From Acidobacteriota bacterium (lineage in GTDB: Bacteria; Acidobacteriota; CAIWXX01), in contig JBFMAF010000024.1 of the NCBI GenBank assembly GCA_040755995.1, forward strand, positions 309,940 through 373,939: a DNA stretch of 64,000 nt, written 5' to 3'. Below the pieces are notes generated by a model. The model ran no database searches and had not been told where the DNA came from. It saw only the letters and a list, made by a program, of their open reading frames with translations. Shown here piece after piece: positions 56,487-64,000 of the stretch. The stretch's first letter is position 1; every line of letters starts with the position of its first letter. Both the position numbers and the translations under genes were made by a program.

Positions 56487-58003
56487 GAGGCTGTAAGGTG
56501 AAACAGACTATGAAGGAACGCAGGAGAGCCCGGAAGGAAGCGCGAAGGGCGCTGCGAGAGCGCCTGAAGAAAGGCGGATTGGTGGCACCGGCCGAGCCAT
56601 CGACTCCCAATCGGATGTGTGAGTACAAGAGCGTGGAGGAGGAGCAGGTGGCGCGGCAGGAAGCGCTGACCGAGCAGATGCGCGTGTTTCATGCGCAGCT
56701 ACCCGTTCTCATGGCACGACTCAGCAAGATCCGTGATCCTCGTGATCCGAAGAAGGTGAAGCACCTGCTAACAATGCTGATGCTCTACGGCATTCTGATG
56801 TTCGTCTACCAGATGGGATCGCGGCGTGAGGCGAATCAGAAGATGACGCGCCCTCAGTTCATCGAGAACCTGAAGCAGTTCTTTCCCGATCTCGATGCTA
56901 TACCACACCACGATACGCTCAATCGATTGCTCTCGCACATTGAGGTCGAGCAGATTCAGGCCGCTCAGACGGATCTGATCCGCCACTCGATTCGAAACAA
57001 GAAGTTTGTGCGGTACCTGATCGAAAACCACTACCCCATCGCCGTCGACGGGAGCCAGAAGCTAGTGCGGGAAGAGCAACTGAGCGAAGAGTGGCTCCAA
57101 CGATGCCTGAAGAAAGGGGAGGGAGAGCAAGCGCAGTACTACGTCTATGTACTCGAAGCCAGCTTGGCCTTTCAGAACGGGATGACCATACCCCTGCTCA
57201 CGGAGTTCTTGTGCACGACGGCGGGCGACTCAAGCACCGACCGGCAGGACTGCGAGACCAAGGCGTTCCGCCGGCTGACCACAAGGCTGAAACGTGAGTT
57301 CCCACGTCTACCTGTATTGGTTCTCCTGGACGGCCTCTACCCGACTGGCCCGATGATGAGTCTGTGTCGGAAGTACAACTGGGACTTCATGATTGTACTT
57401 CAGGACAAGTCTCTGCCCAGTGTCTGGGACGAGTACAACGGCCTACAGAGATTGCTACCGGAGAACCGCTTGGCCATGGCGTGGGGCGAGCGCCGACAAC
57501 TCTTCCGATGGGTCAATAACATCGACTATGCATACGGTGATTCCTCACACCAGAAGCGGCTCACACTCCACTTCGTCGTCTGTGAGGAGAAATGGGAAGA
57601 GATCGACAACACCACCGGCCGCTCCATCACAAAGACCTCTCGGCACGCGTGGATATCTCGCGTGCCTCTAGATCAGGGAAACCTCCACCGACGATGCAAC
57701 CTCGGCGCACGGCACCGATGGGGAATCGAATCCGGATTCCTCGTCGAGAAACGCCATGGCTATCAGTACGAACACTGCTTCTCCTTCAACTGGAGCGCCC
57801 TGCGCGGCTACCACTACTTGATGCGCATCGCGCACGCGATCAACGTCCTGGCACAGTACTCCAGCGCCTTGGTCAAAATCGTCCGGGATCTCGGCCTCCG
57901 CAGCTTCATCCACTTCATCCGGGAGACCATGGCTGGCCCATGGCTCAAGCCGGAGTGGGTGCGGGAGCAACTCCAGGCTCCGTTCCAGCTCCGCCTCGAG
58001 TAG
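56483..58003 (+). CDS. DDE transposase
   Basis: ATGA-coupled to DUF4338; DPR..KVKH.L, PHHDTL, IAVDGS, QDCE, LLDGLY, RHRWGIESGF..EK. Confidence 0.88.
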   Translation: MRGCKVKQTMKERRRARKEARRALRERLKKGGLVAPAEPSTPNRMCEYKSVEEEQVARQEALTEQMRVFHAQLPVLMARLSKIRDPRDPKKVKHLLTMLMLYGILMFVYQMGSRREANQKMTRPQFIENLKQFFPDLDAIPHHDTLNRLLSHIEVEQIQAAQTDLIRHSIRNKKFVRYLIENHYPIAVDGSQKLVREEQLSEEWLQRCLKKGEGEQAQYYVYVLEASLAFQNGMTIPLLTEFLCTTAGDSSTDRQDCETKAFRRLTTRLKREFPRLPVLVLLDGLYPTGPMMSLCRKYNWDFMIVLQDKSLPSVWDEYNGLQRLLPENRLAMAWGERRQLFRWVNNIDYAYGDSSHQKRLTLHFVVCEEKWEEIDNTTGRSITKTSRHAWISRVPLDQGNLHRRCNLGARHRWGIESGFLVEKRHGYQYEHCFSFNWSALRGYHYLMRIAHAINVLAQYSSALVKIVRDLGLRSFIHFIRETMAGPWLKPEWVREQLQAPFQLRLE

Positions 58004-58452
58004 CGAGCACCAGGCCACGAACCCCCGCCCCTAACCCGACTGTCATCGCCGAACTACGCCCCGCCCCCACCACTTGCCCTTCGTGCGCCACGCCGGTAGC
58101 CGCTTTGGTCAAGCTACCAAGCCGCGATGTCCCGTCTGTGCGCCCGGGCTTGCCCCGCCCACCAGATCGAGCACCTCGCACGAACCCCCCGCCCCCCTCA
58201 TGCGTCAGCGCTGTAAGAAAAACGACATCGTTGACCTCGGCCTTCGAGGTGTGATATTCGTTCGGCATGAGAGCCAGCATGAGGGGGCATTGCTGTGACA
58301 GGTGGTTTCTCTGAGGTAGCTATCTCGACGGCGGTGGCGCTGGAGCGGATTGGTGTGCGCTGCCGGCCGCTTGACTTAGCACCGCGCCAAATTCTCCCCC
58401 CCCCCGCAGTAGGAATTTATCTCCCGCGCGAGTTTTGGGAGCTGGGGCTCTC

Positions 58453-59427
58453 ATGACTGCTCGTTGCGCGTGGTGTAGTGTCTTCCGGCCTCTCGGCGCT
58501 GCTATGCTCGCGGGTCTGTTCCTGATGCATGCAGGCTGCGCCAACAGTCCCCCGTCGGCAACGAACGATCAAGCTACCATCGTGCTGCAAGCGTCGCCGT
58601 CGAAGGTGGCTCAGCGGGGGCGTGCAACCATCATTGCAACAGGCATCAAGAAGACTGGGGCTCCCATATGGCCCGGCATGATCATAACGTTCACCGCCGA
58701 CCGCGGTCGCATCGATCCGGCCGAGGCCGCCTTCGACGCGAACGGACGCGCAGAGGTGACCTACTTCGCGCCTGACGCGATCTGTACGGCGAACGTCGAC
58801 GCGACTTCGGGCAGCGTGGATATCGCAGCCATAACAATCGAAGTAGGTTCAGTGGCGAGCTCGGTAGTGCTGACTGCGAGCCGCACGTCGCTCCCGGAGC
58901 GCGGCGGAACGGTGACGCTCCGGGCGGCTGCCTACGACGAAAGCAGCAATCCGGTGGCAAGAACGTCGATCGTGTTCACGGCGACGGCCGGTGCGTTGGG
59001 CTCCGGTGGGCGGCCCGTGCTCACGAACGCATCGGGCACGGCCAAAGACCATCTCACGACGACTGCCAGTGCCACCGTCGTTGCCTATGCCGGCTCAGCC
59101 GCGAGCACCGAGGTTGAGATCACGGTGGAAGAGCCGGTGGAAAACGAGCCGCCGACCGCCGACTTCGTGTATTCGCCGCAAAGCCCGTCGACGAGGGAGA
59201 AGGTGTACTTCAACGGTGATGTCTCCTCCGATCCAGACGGTCGCATAGTGAGGTGGGAATGGGACCTTGGCGACGGCACGACGGTTTCCGGCAAGCGGAC
59301 GAGCCATTCCTACATCACCGCGGCCACGTATGCGGTGGTCCTCTGTGTCACTGATGACGACGGAGCCCGCGACTGCCAATCGTATGACGTGGTTGTCGCC
59401 GAGCCCGCGGCAGCCACCGCGAGGTAG
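58453..59427 (+). CDS. Lipoprotein with two bacterial Ig-like (invasin/Big_1) domains and a PKD domain
   Basis: AGC lipobox; Ig-like repeats; PPTADF..SSDPDG.I..WEWDLGDG..VTDDDG. Start uncertain. Confidence 0.8.
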   Translation: MTARCAWCSVFRPLGAAMLAGLFLMHAGCANSPPSATNDQATIVLQASPSKVAQRGRATIIATGIKKTGAPIWPGMIITFTADRGRIDPAEAAFDANGRAEVTYFAPDAICTANVDATSGSVDIAAITIEVGSVASSVVLTASRTSLPERGGTVTLRAAAYDESSNPVARTSIVFTATAGALGSGGRPVLTNASGTAKDHLTTTASATVVAYAGSAASTEVEITVEEPVENEPPTADFVYSPQSPSTREKVYFNGDVSSDPDGRIVRWEWDLGDGTTVSGKRTSHSYITAATYAVVLCVTDDDGARDCQSYDVVVAEPAAATAR

Positions 59428-59430
59428 ACC

Positions 59431-59913
59431 ATGGAGCGCACGTCCAGGCTCATCGTTCTGCTCGCGCTGCTGGCTGCTGCGATCGCGCTGGCCTTCTCGC
59501 AGAATCGTGCCTCAGTCCGACCCACGCAGAGGGCGCGCACGGCACCGAGGTATGTCCCGATGAAATCGGTGCCGGTGGTGCGAGGTTTCCCCGAAACGCC
59601 GGCTGATCCTCCCGACAGGGGTGTCTCGCATCGCAATCCCTTCAGGTACGCCGACCAACCCGACACTCCGGCGTACGTACCACCTCCTCCGCCACCGCCG
59701 CCTCCGGAGATCAAGCCGGAGAGCCGCTTCATCGGCACGATCTATCAGAGTGAGATGATCGCGCTATTCGGTCTCAAGAACGATGTGCTTGCGCTTAGGC
59801 AGGGCGAGATTCTCGAAGAGAAGTACACGATCAGGCAGGTCGAATCCGAGTCGGTCTGGCTCGAGGACGCCCTGCATCACAACACGGCAATGCTTTCGCT
59901 GGGCAAGAAGTGA
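59431..59913 (+). CDS. Small membrane-anchored PilP/GspC-like protein
   Basis: N-terminal hydrophobic helix, RNPF, poly-Pro linker, FIGTI..GEILEEKYTIRQV beta domain; precedes the secretin. Confidence 0.65.
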   Translation: MERTSRLIVLLALLAAAIALAFSQNRASVRPTQRARTAPRYVPMKSVPVVRGFPETPADPPDRGVSHRNPFRYADQPDTPAYVPPPPPPPPPEIKPESRFIGTIYQSEMIALFGLKNDVLALRQGEILEEKYTIRQVESESVWLEDALHHNTAMLSLGKK

Positions 59914-59914
59914 G

Positions 59915-62146
59915 ATGAACAACCACTACACGCGCAGGCGCGGCCTTGCTTTGCGCTTCGCATCCGGGGCCGCAGGCCTCCTGACGATTGCTCTCCTCCT
60001 CTGCTCCTGCGCCGCGAATCGAGCGTACAAGGCAGGGGTGCGGGCGGAGCGAGCCGAGCGTTACGCAGACGCCATCCGGCACTACGCGGAGGCCGTGGAC
60101 CGGAAGCCGGAGGAGCCCCGGTATCGCATGGCTCTGTCGGACGCGCTTGTGAAGAGCGGGGAGGCTCACCTGAAGCGGGGCGAGGCGTTGGAGCGGGGTG
60201 GCGAGCTGGAGCTGGCCTATCGAGAGTACGATCTCGCCTGGCAGGAGAATGCGTTCCTTGACCGCGCGCTGCTCAAGCGCGACATCGTGCGCAAGCGGTT
60301 GCTCGCGCGGGCAGAGGCTCCGAAGACGCCGAAGGAACCGCCGATCCAATCGCCGCTCGATGCGCTTCCAACGCAACCGATCAGTCTCAAGGTGGCGGAC
60401 GCGGAATTGACCGAGGTGTTCTCGAGTATCGAGAAGCTCACGGGGATACTCTTCATATACGACGACACGTTCAAGTCTCGCAAAGTCACGGTGAATCTGC
60501 AGCAGCTGACATTCCGTGACGCGCTTGACCGGCTGATGTTGATGAACCATCTCTTCTACAGGCCGATCGACTCGAAGACGGTTCTGATCGCGCCTGAGAA
60601 CAAACGAGATGAGTACGAGGAGCAGCTGCTGAAGACGTTCTTCCTGCACAATTCCGATCCGGCAAAGGTGGCTGCCAACATCAGATCGATCCTCGAGCCG
60701 AAGAAGATGATGGTGAACCCGGAGCTCAAGGCGATCACGATCAAGGACAGCGCGGAGAAGCTGGAGTTTGCGCGACGGCTCATCGAAAAGGAGGACATGC
60801 GGCGGCCGGAGGTGGTGGTGGATCTGGAGATACTGGAATTCAACCGGCAGAGACTGCGGCAGATGGGGCTCGATTTGAGCTCGTATGCCGTGGGGGCTGC
60901 GGTCGCGCTTGAGCCAGCCACACAGTTCCCCGCCTCCAGCCTGATCCGCGGGCACATGCTCGGCAACATTGAGATCAGCGATATCCTGTTCTCGATACCG
61001 AGCGTTGCCTATCGCCTGCTGCGCACCGACACGCGCACGCGGTTAATCGCGCGCCCGCAGCTGCGCGCGGCCGAAGGCGAGACGGCAGCGATCAAGATCG
61101 GGGAAAAGGTTCCGATTCCGGTCACCACGTTCGTGCCGGTGGCCGGAGGCGGGGTGAACGATCAGCCGATAACCAGTTTTGCGATGGAGCCGATCGGCCT
61201 GAGCATCGAGGTGACGCCCGAGGTGCACTACAACGATGAAGTGAGCCTGAAGTGCAAGTTCGAGCTCACGAGCATCGTGAGAGAGGGTACGGCCACACTG
61301 CCGCCGACGATCGGCAACCGCTCGGTGGTTTCCACGATCCGGCTCAACGACGGCGAGACCACACTGATAGCGGGGCTGATCCGGGAGGAGGACAGGCGGA
61401 GCCGCAGTGGGCTGCCCGGCATCTCGCAGGTGCCGGTGCTGGGCTATCTCTTCGCGTCGAACAGCGATACGGGGAATGCTACCGACGTCGTCCTCACGAT
61501 AACGCCTCACATCGTGAGGATGGCGGAGATCGGCGAGGAGGAGCGCCGGCCGATCTGGGTTGGAACGGAGAAGCAGCTGCGGATTACGGAGGAGCCACCG
61601 CGCTTCGTCGAGCCCGACGCGTCCCACTCGCTGGGTGCGAACGAAAGCCAGCCAGCAACGGCGCAGCCTCCCCCTGCTGGTGGAGCGCCGTCCAGTCTGG
61701 ATGGGCCATCGACCGCACCGCATGAGAAACCGAGAACCGGGAACCGGGAACCGGGAACCATCCTGTTCGATCCGATGGAAGTGGTGGTGCCGTTGGGCCA
61801 GGAGTTCTCGATGCAGATCAGGGGGCAGTCGTTCGGGCCGAATGCTCAGTGCTCGTTCAAGGTCGTCTTCGACCAGGCGATTCTTACACTGGTACGCATC
61901 GAGCGTGGCCAGAGGGTGGCGGACAGCTTCAGGAGCGACATCAGAAATGGCGCCGCCTGGATCAGCTTCGTGTCAGGGAAGGATTTCGACGGGGACATCT
62001 GCAGCGTTGTGCTTGCCGGCAAAGCGCCCGGGTCCACACAGCTCCTGGTCGAGAGCGCAACTGCGACCGATGCTTCGGGCACGCCATCGAAGGTGACCTT
62101 CGTGCCTGCCTCGGTGCGCGTGGCGGGCGAGCGGGGATCGATATGA
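59915..62146 (+). CDS. Secretin (GspD/PilQ family) with N-terminal lipoprotein/TPR region and C-terminal cohesin-like domain
   Basis: CSC lipobox; TPRs; PEVVVDLEILE, IKIGEKVP, IGLSIEVTP, DGETTLIAGLI, PVLGYLF, ITPHIV; cohesin-like VVFDQAIL. Confidence 0.9.
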   Translation: MNNHYTRRRGLALRFASGAAGLLTIALLLCSCAANRAYKAGVRAERAERYADAIRHYAEAVDRKPEEPRYRMALSDALVKSGEAHLKRGEALERGGELELAYREYDLAWQENAFLDRALLKRDIVRKRLLARAEAPKTPKEPPIQSPLDALPTQPISLKVADAELTEVFSSIEKLTGILFIYDDTFKSRKVTVNLQQLTFRDALDRLMLMNHLFYRPIDSKTVLIAPENKRDEYEEQLLKTFFLHNSDPAKVAANIRSILEPKKMMVNPELKAITIKDSAEKLEFARRLIEKEDMRRPEVVVDLEILEFNRQRLRQMGLDLSSYAVGAAVALEPATQFPASSLIRGHMLGNIEISDILFSIPSVAYRLLRTDTRTRLIARPQLRAAEGETAAIKIGEKVPIPVTTFVPVAGGGVNDQPITSFAMEPIGLSIEVTPEVHYNDEVSLKCKFELTSIVREGTATLPPTIGNRSVVSTIRLNDGETTLIAGLIREEDRRSRSGLPGISQVPVLGYLFASNSDTGNATDVVLTITPHIVRMAEIGEEERRPIWVGTEKQLRITEEPPRFVEPDASHSLGANESQPATAQPPPAGGAPSSLDGPSTAPHEKPRTGNREPGTILFDPMEVVVPLGQEFSMQIRGQSFGPNAQCSFKVVFDQAILTLVRIERGQRVADSFRSDIRNGAAWISFVSGKDFDGDICSVVLAGKAPGSTQLLVESATATDASGTPSKVTFVPASVRVAGERGSI
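61724..61759. repeat. Heptamer tandem repeat (CGGGAAC x3 plus degenerate units) inside the secretin gene
   Basis: gagaaac cgagaac cgggaac cgggaac cgggaac c. Confidence 0.85.
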
Positions 62147-62276
62147 TTCGCATGTCTCAAGGCTCGGGCGTGCAGCGCGACGGGGATTTTTCTTCTGAAC
62201 GTCCAAGACCTCTTGATGCTCATGACACCCATAGACATGAGAAGGTAGGTTTCGAAATGGAGACGAGGAGGGAGTG

Positions 62277-64000
62277 ATGGTCGACCAGTTTCGTAGATTG
62301 GGTCTTGCCGCAAAGATCGGAATCATATTCGTGTCGCTGGCGGTGCTGGCGGGGTCATTGTACGGAGGGCGGCTGCTTCTGCTGCAGCCGTCACAAACGC
62401 CTGCGCTTCCGAGCGGCGCGCTGAAGGGCGGCCCGCCTCAGTCCGTGAGTATCACGCGAGCTGACTGGACGCCTGCGTGGTTGGCGCCTCCCGCCGTGAG
62501 CACGTTCACGGGCGAGGTGGTCGCGCGCGCCGGGCATGGGATGTTCGTCCTCCACGCGCAGCTCCGGGTAACGGACGGAGCCGGTAACCTCTTGCGCAGC
62601 TGGGCCGAGATCAAGAAGGTGAAGACTGAGACCGGCCAGGAAACAGTGCTATTCACCTGGAGCTGGGATGGCACTGACGGTCTCGGACAGCCCGTGGGAG
62701 ACGGCCCCTATAGCTGGAGCTTCACTGTCCAATTCAGAGGGCAGACGGATACCAGGAGCGGTGTTGTTGGAATCGACCGGCTCCCTCCGGCAGTGTCGAT
62801 TCAGGAGCCGGAGCAGGGTCAGGTGATGGGCGCCTCGGTCGACGTTCTTGCAACCTGGACAGACGCGCTCAGTGGGATCGATCCGAGCACCGGCATGGTC
62901 ACGCTCGATGGCGCACAGGTCAGCGGACTCCAGATCGACGCCAGCGGAGCTCGCGGAACGCTGGAAGACGTCGCAGGCGGGCCGCACACCCTCGTGGTTT
63001 ACGTCGCCGACCACGCCGGCAACACGGCCAGCGCATCCGGAGAGTTCGTGACGGATCGGACCGCGCCTGCGGTGACCATTCGGGAGCCGCGCGGGCAAGT
63101 CAACGGGCCATCAGTCGCGGTGGACGTCGTATGGACAGATGAAGGCGGAGCCGGAATCGACTCCAGCAGTGGCCTGGTGCTGCTTGATGGCTCGTCTACA
63201 TCCGGCCTGACGATCGATCAGGCTGGAGCGCGCGGGACACTCGAAGGCGTCGCCGACGGGCCGCACGTCCTGAGTGCATCGGTCAGCGACCAAGTGGGCA
63301 ACGAGGCTTCGGCGTCCAGCGACTTCGAAGTCGCAACCGGCCAACCAGGTGTCCAGAACACGAGCATCCTCGGAACAGTGGCTGATTCCACGGGCCAGTC
63401 CCTGGCAGACGTCTCGGTGTCAAGCCCGGGCGCAACCCACTCCGTCAGTAGCGATCATGACGGCCGCTTCCTGATAGAGATGGCCTCCGGCGGCACGCAC
63501 TGGCTGACCTTGTACAAGGACGACTACGTTCTGGTGCAGCGCCCGGCTCAGGTAGCCGAGGGCCAGCACTACAATGTCGGTGAAGTTCGACTGACCGCGA
63601 AGGATTCTCGGGTGACGACGATCGGTCCGGAAGGGGGTACTGCGGCTAACTCTACTGGTGATATCGAGGTGGTCGTTCCTCCGGGTGCACTCGCCGCGCC
63701 AGTCGACATGCGCTTGACGCACATACCCAGTTCAAAGGAGCTGCCGGGGCCGCTGAATGCATCGGACAACGTACAGTCTCCGATCAACTATACACACTGT
63801 GTTGTGCTAGACCCGCCGGATACTACCTTCGCAATACCAGCCACCTTGCGCTTTGCTAATCAATGGGGATTTCCCGCCGGATTCCGCCTCCCCAGCGCAT
63901 TCTGGGATCAGGATGCGAACAAGTGGGTGCCCGACGGGGCTGATGCGTTCGTGTCTGCCGACGGTTCCGTCTTCACGAAGGAGATCACCGCGTTCCACAC
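62277..64000 (+). CDS. Large surface protein, 3'-truncated by window: N-terminal TM, FlgD-Ig, two Ig-like repeats, carboxypeptidase-regulatory-like and ZU5-like domains
   Basis: Not in the ORF track because it has no stop. GAGGAGG RBS; own translation gives WDGTDGLGQPVGDGPY, D..PP.V.I..P..G.H.L....D..GN (x2), GTVADSTG, IGPEGG..VVVPPGAL. Confidence 0.85.
   Translation, partial: MVDQFRRLGLAAKIGIIFVSLAVLAGSLYGGRLLLLQPSQTPALPSGALKGGPPQSVSITRADWTPAWLAPPAVSTFTGEVVARAGHGMFVLHAQLRVTDGAGNLLRSWAEIKKVKTETGQETVLFTWSWDGTDGLGQPVGDGPYSWSFTVQFRGQTDTRSGVVGIDRLPPAVSIQEPEQGQVMGASVDVLATWTDALSGIDPSTGMVTLDGAQVSGLQIDASGARGTLEDVAGGPHTLVVYVADHAGNTASASGEFVTDRTAPAVTIREPRGQVNGPSVAVDVVWTDEGGAGIDSSSGLVLLDGSSTSGLTIDQAGARGTLEGVADGPHVLSASVSDQVGNEASASSDFEVATGQPGVQNTSILGTVADSTGQSLADVSVSSPGATHSVSSDHDGRFLIEMASGGTHWLTLYKDDYVLVQRPAQVAEGQHYNVGEVRLTAKDSRVTTIGPEGGTAANSTGDIEVVVPPGALAAPVDMRLTHIPSSKELPGPLNASDNVQSPINYTHCVVLDPPDTTFAIPATLRFANQWGFPAGFRLPSAFWDQDANKWVPDGADAFVSADGSVFTKEITAFH

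Larger units (their letters stand above)
55428..58213 (+). mobile_element. Complete two-ORF insertion sequence (ISAs1/IS4-like DDE), 2786 bp
   Basis: IRL CAGCCCTGACGCACGA (55428-55443); IRR TCATGCGTCAGCGCTG (58198-58213), 14/16 match; 9-bp direct repeat TAAGAAAAA at 55419-55427 and 58214-58222. Confidence 0.92.

Noticed and set aside
1..64000. tRNA, rRNA or prophage genes
   Set aside because: None recognised by eye; a covariance-model scan would be needed to exclude small RNAs.

Overview
This is a GC-rich (roughly 60-65% by eye) bacterial chromosomal segment; the gene content loosely suggests an Acidobacteriota-like lineage (low confidence). It is dense in signalling genes: two sigma-54 response regulators, sensorless and PAS-hybrid histidine kinases, a Ser/Thr kinase divergent from an FHA-GAF-cyclase, and two PilT-family ATPases. 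It also carries a kbl-acsA-ACP-kbl-MFS cluster, a YbhG/F/S/R-type ABC efflux operon with TolC, rho, a SAM-I riboswitch-led methionine/aspartate-pathway operon, a complete 2786-bp IS (DUF4338 + DDE transposase, 16-bp IRs, 9-bp target duplication), and a secretin-cohesin operon followed by a large Ig/ZU5 surface protein that runs off the window. The best candidate for an undescribed system is 4969-10725, a putative self-contained cGMP module. It comprises (i) a fusion of an MBL hydrolase, a bare HisKA, a REC domain and a Cya2-like (guanylyl-type) cyclase, (ii) a PilT retraction ATPase fused to a cNMP-binding domain, a GspE/PilB N-terminal subdomain and a PDZ domain, and (iii) a stand-alone cNMP-binding protein. 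Other strong leads are an apparently circularly permuted HAD enzyme ending the SAM-I operon beside a plant-type cystathionine gamma-synthase, and an ACP-linked alpha-oxoamine synthase cluster. All family assignments come from motifs recognised by eye; no searches were run.
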